Assembly: GCA_029856365.1 (NCBI GenBank)
Contig: JAHQWW010000041.1
Span: 1-27,280 of the forward strand
Reading direction: 5' to 3'
DNA length: 27,280 nucleotides
Origin: Candidatus Hodarchaeota archaeon
GTDB taxonomy: Archaea > Asgardarchaeota > Heimdallarchaeia > Hodarchaeales > Hodarchaeaceae
Shown here: piece by piece, positions 8,815 through 16,859 of the stretch
Layout of the letters: each line of letters begins with the position of its first letter
How positions within the stretch are numbered: the stretch's first letter is position 1
Position numbers and translations under genes: made by a program
Notes under the pieces: model-generated
Seen by the model: only the letters and a program-made list of their open reading frames with translations
Databases searched by the model: none
What the model was told of the DNA's origin: nothing

Positions 8815-10080
8815 ATGTCTAATACAAACACAAACTTCTCTGCGTTTTTCACTAACTTCAAATCAGTCTTCAGAGAAGAAAAAGTGTTCTCAGCTAATTA
8901 CATTCCCAATCATCTCTGGCATCGAGAGGAGGAGATGGAGAGCTTAGTCAACTATTTCAGGTCAATTATAACGGAACCTATTGCATCCTCCCGTAAAGTT
9001 GTTTTATACGGTCCAGTGGGTACTGGGAAGACTGTTGTTTCTAGAGCGTTCGGGACAGATCTTATTAAACACCTTAAAGCAAAACATAAGCCAGGAGATC
9101 CTGTTTTTCGGTTTTTTCATGTAAATTGTCGTAAAACTAAGACTCCTCACCTCATTCTGACTACGATCCTGAGACAGCTAGTTCCCGGTTTCCCTTTACG
9201 CGGATATAGTGTTGATGAACTTCTCCGAATGTTCTCTCTACTGTTACACGAGCAAAATCTAGTATCACTACTTGTTTTAGATGAGATTGATTACTTACTT
9301 CCTGATAACAGGACTGATTTTCTTTATGCATTATCACGTATCGAGGAAGGTAATCCAAAACTCCGAGATGACCATTTTTCAAATCTTCCAGGTAATCAAA
9401 ATGAATCTCGTTTCAACTTATTATGCTGTACTCGTGACAAGAATTTTCGTTATCATCTTGACTCCTCAACAATCTCCTCCCTTGGTAGAAACTTCATTAC
9501 ATTCCCTCCCTATACACGAAATCAGCTTTTTGATATTGTGAATTCCCGTGCAGAGCTAGGACTCTGTCAAAAGAGTTTTGATGATGAATTAATTGAATCA
9601 ATTGCTGGGCTGGCGGAAGAATATGGGGATGCACGATTTGCAATTGAACTGTTATGGCGAGCTGCTAAACTTGCTGACCGAGAAAAGAAAGAGCAAATCA
9701 CAGTTGAACACGTACGCAAAGCAGTTGTTTCTGTACTTCCTATTGAAAAATCAATTGTCGATGATTTGAGTACACATCAAAAATTGCTCTTATTAAGCAT
9801 TGCCAAACTTCTTATTAATAATCAACCATTTGTGACTAGCCCAGAGGTAAAGAATTCTTATGTGAGTATTTGTGAGGAAGCTGGAGTACATCCTCGCCGC
9901 CAAACTCAAGTTTGGGCTTATTTAAAAGATTTAGCTAGACTAGGCCTCATTCAGCAAGAAGTAGAGAACCGTCATAAGAATGGTCGGTCAGAAGGTAGAG
10001 TTACAAATATACGAGTGCGTGATATCCCTGTAGAGGAGATTATCCAAACTTTAAGCCATTTAATTGAGGATTCTTCATAA
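8815..10080 (+). CDS. cdc6: Orc1/Cdc6 family AAA+ ATPase with winged-helix domain (Orc1-2/Cdc6-2-like)
   Basis: Y-I-P-x-x-L-x-HRE N-terminal motif, Walker A GPVGTGKT, HVNC, Walker B VLDEID, FPPY, sensor-2 GDARFAIELL and winged-helix region YLKDLARLGLI...GR. Confidence 0.95.
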   Translation: MSNTNTNFSAFFTNFKSVFREEKVFSANYIPNHLWHREEEMESLVNYFRSIITEPIASSRKVVLYGPVGTGKTVVSRAFGTDLIKHLKAKHKPGDPVFRFFHVNCRKTKTPHLILTTILRQLVPGFPLRGYSVDELLRMFSLLLHEQNLVSLLVLDEIDYLLPDNRTDFLYALSRIEEGNPKLRDDHFSNLPGNQNESRFNLLCCTRDKNFRYHLDSSTISSLGRNFITFPPYTRNQLFDIVNSRAELGLCQKSFDDELIESIAGLAEEYGDARFAIELLWRAAKLADREKKEQITVEHVRKAVVSVLPIEKSIVDDLSTHQKLLLLSIAKLLINNQPFVTSPEVKNSYVSICEEAGVHPRRQTQVWAYLKDLARLGLIQQEVENRHKNGRSEGRVTNIRVRDIPVEEIIQTLSHLIEDSS

Positions 10081-11103
10081 TCCTAATCCAATAAAAAGCC
10101 AATTTATACCAAACCACATCACTGCTCCAAGTACAGCAGCGATAGGCACAGTTACTATCCATGATATAACTATCGTTTTTACCATCTGTCTTTGAATAGG
10201 TGACCTTTCTGCCCAGCCAACGGCAATCATGGCTGCAATTAGAACATGAGTTCCACTTAAGGGGAATCCTAGAAGTGTACCTAATGTCATTATAAGTGTA
10301 ACCGAAATCATTGAAGAAAGCCCAGAAGTTGGATTCATCTCAACAAGTTCTTTTGCTACGACCCGAATTACTATTTTTCCTATTATTATTAGGCCTAAGG
10401 CCATTCCAAAACCGCCTATCAGCATCATTACCCACATGTTTGTTGTAATAGTTTCACCTTCGAGTAGTTTTAAACCCAAAACTGGTGCAATAGAGTTTGC
10501 AACGTCATTTCCAGCCCTCGATGCGGTACTAATAATTAAGAATAGTCCTAAAGCATATATGTACGCCTGATCTTTTTTCTGTCTACCTGCGAATCCTTCA
10601 ACGGACTCATCAAGACGTCGTATCCATAAATGGACTGTGGCTGCAATGATAAATCCAATCATGGGACTGAAAATCCAACCCAGAAAAATCAAGAGAAGCA
10701 CCCGATAATCAACAGCATTTATTCCCCATTCGGAATAGGTTAAACCTGCCGTAATAGCGACTCCAACAATTGCACCAACCACTATTTGAGTAGTAGATAT
10801 CGGTAAGGGTATAATTGTCACATGTCCCACAAGTATGATCACCATAACCAACAAAATTGTTATGATCATTGCATCCGTCAATCTATTACCTTTTACTAAA
10901 TCTTCCCCTAAAGTTTTTACAACAGCTTCTCCCAAAAATACACCTAAAACAGAAAAAATAGCTCCTAAAATGACAGCACTTCGCAAAGAAAACGCCCCTG
11001 CAGCTACTCCTGGTGCCATCATCTCATCATTACTACCTGAAGCAAATGCGACTGCAAAGGCCATTAGTATTGCAAATAAAAGAATAATAATCTCAAAAGA
11101 CAA
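10075..11103 (-). CDS. pit: Inorganic phosphate transporter, PiT family
   Basis: Multi-TM protein with GSND and GNDVAN signatures, plus LPISTTQIVVGAIVGV and GFPLSGTH motifs. Confidence 0.9.
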   Translation of the reverse strand: MSFEIIILLFAILMAFAVAFASGSNDEMMAPGVAAGAFSLRSAVILGAIFSVLGVFLGEAVVKTLGEDLVKGNRLTDAMIITILLVMVIILVGHVTIIPLPISTTQIVVGAIVGVAITAGLTYSEWGINAVDYRVLLLIFLGWIFSPMIGFIIAATVHLWIRRLDESVEGFAGRQKKDQAYIYALGLFLIISTASRAGNDVANSIAPVLGLKLLEGETITTNMWVMMLIGGFGMALGLIIIGKIVIRVVAKELVEMNPTSGLSSMISVTLIMTLGTLLGFPLSGTHVLIAAMIAVGWAERSPIQRQMVKTIVISWIVTVPIAAVLGAVMWFGINWLFIGLGL

Positions 11104-11158
11104 TAGATCATAAGACTCCTATTAGTTTATACTTCCTAGAACAAAGATCAATCATATT

Positions 11159-11821
11159 TTAACCATATTTTACCGTCATAGTTTGAATATAATCTGCAGT
11201 TTGCTCCGCTGCTTCAGCAACTTTGATCATACTTACTGAGATGGTATACAAGTATGCTGAATCTTTAGGGGGATAATCAGGCGAATGAAGTCGCCCAAAA
11301 ATATGAAAGTCGAGGTCTCGTGCTTCTTCACGCATTATATCAACCTTATTTGCGTATTTTAAGGCCTTATCATAGTCTTTATCTAGATACTTAAGCGCAT
11401 CTTGAAGATAATCGGTACAACGATGCACTTTTTCTGCTAGAATTGGCATTTCATGTGGAATTCGTTGAGGAAAATCCTGTTTCGAAACTAGCCGTCTGAT
11501 TACTACTTCAGTGCGATTCACAATCGTGTCCATATAACGGACAAGACGATGACGATCTTCAGTAGCTTGAGGTAGATAAGCACCTTTAGAAAAGATACTA
11601 TTGATTAGCTCTTCTTTTATATCATCACATCGTCTTTCAGCTTCAATTATCTCTTCATTTAAAAGGACAATTTTAGATCGAGCGTCAGGATCTTGTTCAT
11701 GACTTGACCATATAGTTATAGCTTTACATAGTTTGGCTGAGGCGACTTGAAGTTCTTTTGCAAGCTGATCAAATAGTACTTCTCCTCGTTTCCAGAGTTT
11801 TTTATCTCTTCTGAACAGCAT
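11159..11821 (-). CDS. DUF47/PhoU-like phosphate transport regulator
   Basis: All-helical protein with E-x-x-C-D-x-I-K, YLP...DR and E-x-A...AD repeats, directly upstream of PiT (the classic DUF47-PiT pair). ATG at 11821 preferred over TTG at 11845. Confidence 0.85.
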   Translation of the reverse strand: MLFRRDKKLWKRGEVLFDQLAKELQVASAKLCKAITIWSSHEQDPDARSKIVLLNEEIIEAERRCDDIKEELINSIFSKGAYLPQATEDRHRLVRYMDTIVNRTEVVIRRLVSKQDFPQRIPHEMPILAEKVHRCTDYLQDALKYLDKDYDKALKYANKVDIMREEARDLDFHIFGRLHSPDYPPKDSAYLYTISVSMIKVAEAAEQTADYIQTMTVKYG

Positions 11822-11937
11822 TAGGTCTACCTTCCGAGATTTCAAGTGTTTAAAATGTCTTTATTAATTTGGACACTCTTTTTTAATTAGTATTATGAAA
11901 CAAAAAATCTTATTCTTTAATTGTATTTGGTTCCGCC

Positions 11938-11954
11938 AATAAAAGATTTATAAT
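11938..11954 (+). promoter_or_regulatory. Putative BRE/TATA promoter of the CBS-membrane protein / RING-membrane protein operon
   Basis: Purine-rich AATAAAAGA followed by TTTATAAT (11947-11954) about 60 nt before the start codon. SD-like GGAGGT at 11998-12003. Confidence 0.5.
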
Positions 11955-12014
11955 ATTATTTGCACGGAAACTTAATTCAGATGAACTCACCTAATTTGGA
12001 GGTCATAATTTCAA

Positions 12015-12992
12015 TTGGAGAAAGATAATGAATTTTTTATCAGGGATTTGACAATTGATGATGAATATGATATTATCAACATTGATTCAACCGTTAAAGA
12101 TGCAGCTCTGAAGATGAAAGAGCTTGGTATCCCTGATTTAGTCGTTGTTGACAATGATAATAATGTCTTAGGTGTGATTGCAGACTTTGACATTGTAACG
12201 GGGCTTGTAGCTGAAGGATTATCTGCAGAAACTGCTAAAGTAACTGAAATCATGTATACTATTGATCCAGTAGACAGAGATACACCTGTATCAACTGCTT
12301 TCACTCGAATGCGTGATTTAGATGTATCAGTTGTTCCAGTCGTTGAAAATGAAGAATTAATTGGTGTTGCAACCATCACGGACTGTTGGGGCTTTTTACC
12401 GGAGAAATATGAGGATCAAAAAGGAATTATTTCAGTTAGTAATCCTAGATTCGCGAATTATAGTTTTACACTTTTAATGACATTATTATACTTTTGTTTT
12501 GGCATTTTAGCACCATTGGCTGGTATTACAGGGTTCTTAAAAGCCCCTGTTATGGGTTACACTGAGGAGACTGCAACATATTATCTATTTGAAGCTCGAG
12601 GAGGAGGAGGTTTCTGGTTACGTTACTTAGATGTGCAGGGTGATTATGAACTATTATGGATTGGAGTGTTTTTTTATGGCTTTTTTTTTCTAATCCTAGG
12701 CATCATCAGTGCTTTTGCCATCTTTCAATGGGCGAATGCTGATTACAATCAAATAAAATTAACTAGAAATTGGCAAGTAATTGGCCTTGTTGTAGGTATC
12801 GTAAATTTGCTAATAGAATGGATTCTATTTCTGACTATATCATTAGTTGGAGCTTTACGTGTTTCAGGTACTGTTGATTTTGATGTCATTGGCCTTGGAG
12901 TATCTGGATTAGCTATTATATTTCTCATTGCTGCAGTCTCCAGGGATATTCTCTTCCGTGAGACCACAACAACCACTTCTAAGGAGGATTGA
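12015..12992 (+). CDS. CBS-pair (Bateman) domain fused to a four-TM membrane domain
   Basis: N-terminal tandem CBS repeats (TVKDAALKM...LVVVD...LGVI..FDI; PVSTAFTRM...VPVV...LIGVATITD), followed by four hydrophobic segments with a long loop between TM1 and TM2. Confidence 0.85.
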   Translation: MEKDNEFFIRDLTIDDEYDIINIDSTVKDAALKMKELGIPDLVVVDNDNNVLGVIADFDIVTGLVAEGLSAETAKVTEIMYTIDPVDRDTPVSTAFTRMRDLDVSVVPVVENEELIGVATITDCWGFLPEKYEDQKGIISVSNPRFANYSFTLLMTLLYFCFGILAPLAGITGFLKAPVMGYTEETATYYLFEARGGGGFWLRYLDVQGDYELLWIGVFFYGFFFLILGIISAFAIFQWANADYNQIKLTRNWQVIGLVVGIVNLLIEWILFLTISLVGALRVSGTVDFDVIGLGVSGLAIIFLIAAVSRDILFRETTTTTSKED

Positions 12993-12997
12993 ATCTC

Positions 12998-14647
12998 GTG
13001 CCTCGTGGCGGTGGTGGTTCTCGAGGGGGAGGTTTTGGTGGAGGTGGATTTCGTGGTGGGGGATTTCGAGGGGGTTCACGTAGTTTTCGAGTAGGTAGTG
13101 TTCGCTCATCTGGTCGTCCTTTTGGTCGTACAGGATCACGTCGAACTGTTTCACGAGCTCCTAGAGGAAGAAGCTATCATAGCCCCCATCATCGTCGTTA
13201 TTGGGGCGGTTATTGGCGACCATGGTGGAGAAGACCGTGGCACTGGTATTGGTGGTGGGGACGCCCTTGGAGACCTTGGTACTATGCTCCAGTCTATTGG
13301 GGTGGTGGAGTAGCACTAGCAATCATTGCTTTGTTAATTATTCTCCCATTTATTGGAGTAGCTTTCTGGTTCCCCTTTGCTAATGCTTCTTCAGGTGGTA
13401 TTGTTACTTATTCCGATACTCAGACATTATATTACAATGAATATTGGTATGAGAAAGAGTATTTGTCCCAAGGCCAAACTATTGAATACCGTGTCGGATC
13501 TCAAAGCGAAGTAACCTTTATAATTTGGAACCACCCATTTGAGGATTTTGACACAAAAACACTATCAGGGAATTATAGCGAAAAAGGTATGATTGTCGAA
13601 GGTAATCATGATTATGAATATATTGGCTACTTTTTGAAACCTGGTTCTCGACTAGACTATCAATTTAATGTCACTGAAGGAGGCCCCATCGAATTTTTTG
13701 TAACAGATGCTAATGGTTTGAATCGTTGGAATAATTGGGAAACAATCACTCCTAAAGATTCCTATCTAGGGTCTCAATACATTGGTGGAATTAATATCGT
13801 TGATGCTCAAGATTATTATCTTGTGTGGTATAACAGTGGATCAACTCCCGTTACAATTGACTACACAGTTGAATATTCTGCAGTGGGTGCCCTCGACTTC
13901 AGGGATGCACCTGTAGTTGAAAATGATGTTGTTGACCCTGTATCTGGTTCATTGGCGGTTCCTTCCAGTGATGATTGGTACTTCTTTGTGTACTTTGATC
14001 CTTTCGTTAATCCAGCAGAATCCGTCGATATTACATTTGATGTCTCCTATTATACCGAAGTTTCTTATGACCAGAAATGGCAAGATTTCACTCCAGTTCT
14101 CCTAATAATCGGTTTTATAATTGTTATTTTGCTAGTAATCGCTATTATTCAACGAAGAACGGCTAAAGAAGTTGCCCCGACTGCTATCGCAGCTGCAGCG
14201 ACCACAACTCCCACAACAACCGAAGTCATATCAGCACCAACAGCAAAGAAATGTCATCGCTGTAATTCATTTTCCAAACCTGGTGATGTCTTTTGTGTAA
14301 ATTGTGGTGCGAAACTAACTGGAAGAGATTACGGTGTTTCCACAGTCACCACCCCAGCTTCAGCTAAAAACTGCCAGAGCTGTGGTCAACACATTATTCC
14401 AGGAAGTCGCTTCTGTAAACACTGTGGTGCTAAGATAGAACAAGAAACCAAACCACATAAATATTTCCCTGACGAAAGAGAGGCATTTTTTTGTCAATTA
14501 GATAATGAAAAGCATCCCTCAACTGATTCAGCCTATGAATGTGATCAATGTGCACGAAAGGTCTGTAGTGATTGTTATAACAAAATTACCCAAACTGGGG
14601 TAACTCGTTGTCCCTATTGTAAAGGAGAGTTATATAAGATCCAGTGA
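12998..14647 (+). CDS. Two-TM membrane protein: RGG/Trp-rich N-tail, GOLD-like ectodomain, two zinc ribbons and a C-terminal RING-like finger (candidate E3 ligase)
   Basis: GTG start at 12998 is 10 nt after GGAGG (the TTG at 12989 is too close to the SD). TM1 ~13301-13382, TM2 14096-14149, CxxC...CxxC ribbons from 14252 and 14372, and a Cys-rich finger at 14492-14620. The coding call is solid; the function is inferred. Confidence 0.75.
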   Translation: MPRGGGGSRGGGFGGGGFRGGGFRGGSRSFRVGSVRSSGRPFGRTGSRRTVSRAPRGRSYHSPHHRRYWGGYWRPWWRRPWHWYWWWGRPWRPWYYAPVYWGGGVALAIIALLIILPFIGVAFWFPFANASSGGIVTYSDTQTLYYNEYWYEKEYLSQGQTIEYRVGSQSEVTFIIWNHPFEDFDTKTLSGNYSEKGMIVEGNHDYEYIGYFLKPGSRLDYQFNVTEGGPIEFFVTDANGLNRWNNWETITPKDSYLGSQYIGGINIVDAQDYYLVWYNSGSTPVTIDYTVEYSAVGALDFRDAPVVENDVVDPVSGSLAVPSSDDWYFFVYFDPFVNPAESVDITFDVSYYTEVSYDQKWQDFTPVLLIIGFIIVILLVIAIIQRRTAKEVAPTAIAAAATTTPTTTEVISAPTAKKCHRCNSFSKPGDVFCVNCGAKLTGRDYGVSTVTTPASAKNCQSCGQHIIPGSRFCKHCGAKIEQETKPHKYFPDEREAFFCQLDNEKHPSTDSAYECDQCARKVCSDCYNKITQTGVTRCPYCKGELYKIQ

Positions 14648-14666
14648 TCTACTATAGCCTCTCTTT

Positions 14667-15638
14667 TTATCTCATTTCTGGAATAAGATTTGGTGGTTGT
14701 TCTCCTCGTTGCATAGCAAGAATATTGTCAGCCACCATTCTGGCCATTGCATTACGGGCTTGAGTCGTTGCTGATCCAATGTGTGGAGTTAATACAACAT
14801 TCTTTAGTTCTCTTAGTTCTGCTGGAATGGATGGTTCATCATAAAACACATCCATTCCTGCGCCCGCAATGAACTTATTTTTTAGTGCAATTATTAATTC
14901 TTTTTCATTGACCACCCTACCTCGAGCAGTGTTAATAAGATAAGCAGAGGATTTCATTAAAGAAAGTTCGTGTTTAGATATCAAATGATGGGTCTCTGAT
15001 GTGTACGGTACATTCAAACTTATTATATCCGCCTCCTTAAGTACTTCCTCAAAAGTATTTTTGAAAACTAAGCCGTATTGACCTTCAATATCATGTTTAC
15101 GTGTTCTCGAATAGTAAATGGTATTCATGTCAAAACCAACTGCTCGTTTTGCTACGGCCGTTCCTATGCGTCCTAAACCTATTATCCCAAGGGTTTTTCC
15201 AGTAATCTCAAACCCAAGCAAATACTCTGGTAACCACCCTGGAAAGGCATCAACACGGCAAATTTTGTCCCCCTCAACTATTCTACGGGTTATTGCAAAT
15301 ATTAATCCCCATACTAGATCAGCTGTTGCATCTGTCAGCACATCAGGAGTATTAGTGATAAGTATGTTCCTTTCTTTAGCTGCAGCGATATCTATATTGT
15401 TATATCCAACAGCATAATTTGCAATTCCTCTAAGTGATGGGGCTAAGTTTAATAATCCTTCTGTTATATTTACAGAAAGGAGTGGTACTAGGAAGTCAGC
15501 TGTTGGAAGTGATTTTTTCAGTTGAGAATCAATAGGAAGATTTACATCTAAAATCTTTACTTCCATCGTTTTCTTAAGCATATTAAGACCAGTTTCAGGG
15601 ATTCTATGGGTACATAAAACTCTTGGACGTTGGTTCAT
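14667..15638 (-). CDS. gyaR: Glyoxylate/hydroxypyruvate reductase (D-isomer 2-hydroxyacid dehydrogenase)
   Basis: AVGYNNID, NTPDVLTDATAD, Rossmann GIIGLGRIG, LINTARG, DVFYDEP and TPHIGSAT motifs. Confidence 0.9.
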   Translation of the reverse strand: MNQRPRVLCTHRIPETGLNMLKKTMEVKILDVNLPIDSQLKKSLPTADFLVPLLSVNITEGLLNLAPSLRGIANYAVGYNNIDIAAAKERNILITNTPDVLTDATADLVWGLIFAITRRIVEGDKICRVDAFPGWLPEYLLGFEITGKTLGIIGLGRIGTAVAKRAVGFDMNTIYYSRTRKHDIEGQYGLVFKNTFEEVLKEADIISLNVPYTSETHHLISKHELSLMKSSAYLINTARGRVVNEKELIIALKNKFIAGAGMDVFYDEPSIPAELRELKNVVLTPHIGSATTQARNAMARMVADNILAMQRGEQPPNLIPEMR

Positions 15639-16769
15639 TCAAATCACTTTTTTTTCAAGATAATTCTCTATTTCATTTATGTTAATAAAACTGGAAATCT
15701 TTAGATTTTTATTTTTGCAAAATTCATGCAGCCGAAAATCAAGTTCATTAGCGTTTTTTTCAATTTCTTCGAAATTCTTTTGAGCAATGCCCTCCATAAG
15801 ATCAGGTAACATTAGTTGATTGTAGAATGCTTTTATTTCATCAAAAAAATTAAAATTGTCAACATCCACGACTAGATTTCCCTCATATTGAGCAAGTTCT
15901 TCAGCAATCCATATTTGGAGTTCTGTAGCAGCATAACTGACTGCAAAGATATCCCTCTTGTGACAAGCAGATATGATTTTATTTGCATATGCCTTCATAC
16001 TAATGTAGTTGTTACAAAATGCCTTTTCCTTATTAGCTTGGTTCATAATAAAGTTCTGTTGCTTCTTTAATACTAATTTCCGAAGGTTATGTATCAATTC
16101 TCTCCCTAATTTCAACATTTCATCGAAATTATTTGTAGTACTGAGATTTATTACCAATTTTGAGTAATTAATAGGTAATATAGGAAATTGAAAAACCTCA
16201 TGTAGATTTACCCCCCAATTTTTGGTTAAAAAAGAATTGTTAATAAGAGAAAGGTTCTTGACTGATTTGTTGATTAGTTGCCAAATAGCCCATCGAGCAG
16301 AGAGAAGATCATTATTATTTTTTGCCAGGGTAATTTCTTCAAGGTGGGAATATCCAGAATTAAAATTATTTATTATTTGCTTAAAATTTTCTTCCTGGTT
16401 ACGCTTAGTTTTTTCAACCAATGAATCGAAACGGATTTTATCAAAAACAGACCGTGAATAAAGAACTTTACCATTATTAAATAAGGCAGCTGACACAGCC
16501 CAAGGACTGCTATCTTGTATTCCTAAAGCCATTAATTCAGCTTGGTTCCAATCAATTTTCCAGAAATCAACTGTATGACCTTGAAACAAAAACTCCCAAG
16601 GTAAATTGGACTCTTCCTGATTATCAACAATTGCAAACATATCGAGATCAGAATACTCATCATCAATTGCTTGAGCAGTTGATCCATAAAGAACAATAAT
16701 GGCTATCTCATTGGGAAAACGTCTTACAGCTTGATCTTTGAGAAATCCTGCTAATTCTAATAATTTCAT
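15639..16769 (-). CDS. Pol-beta-type nucleotidyltransferase with KNTase-C/HEPN-like helical domains
   Basis: LYGSTA...DEYSDLDM (hG-S...DxD motif) plus a third Asp in TVDFW; helical C-terminal region. ATG at 16769 preferred over TTG at 16793. Its stop abuts the gyaR start (TGA-ATG). Confidence 0.78.
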   Translation of the reverse strand: MKLLELAGFLKDQAVRRFPNEIAIIVLYGSTAQAIDDEYSDLDMFAIVDNQEESNLPWEFLFQGHTVDFWKIDWNQAELMALGIQDSSPWAVSAALFNNGKVLYSRSVFDKIRFDSLVEKTKRNQEENFKQIINNFNSGYSHLEEITLAKNNNDLLSARWAIWQLINKSVKNLSLINNSFLTKNWGVNLHEVFQFPILPINYSKLVINLSTTNNFDEMLKLGRELIHNLRKLVLKKQQNFIMNQANKEKAFCNNYISMKAYANKIISACHKRDIFAVSYAATELQIWIAEELAQYEGNLVVDVDNFNFFDEIKAFYNQLMLPDLMEGIAQKNFEEIEKNANELDFRLHEFCKNKNLKISSFININEIENYLEKKVI

Positions 16770-16859
16770 CTTGCTTTCACGTTTTAATTTCAACTCTATA
16801 ACAGCTATAATTTTAAAAAAAGTGATTTGTAGTAATGAATACTTTCTTAATTTTGTGAA

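Noticed and set aside
10075-10080. 6-nt convergent overlap of the cdc6 and pit stop codons
   Set aside because: Short tail-to-tail overlaps are common in compact archaeal genomes.
13001-13080. G-rich tract as a DNA repeat, G-quadruplex or RNA gene
   Set aside because: It is fully explained by Gly/Arg codons with varied third positions in the RGG tail.
15639-16769. Aminoglycoside resistance gene or MNT-HEPN toxin-antitoxin system
   Set aside because: The fold similarity does not establish the substrate, no R-x4-6-H HEPN nuclease motif is evident, and there is no partner gene or mobile context.
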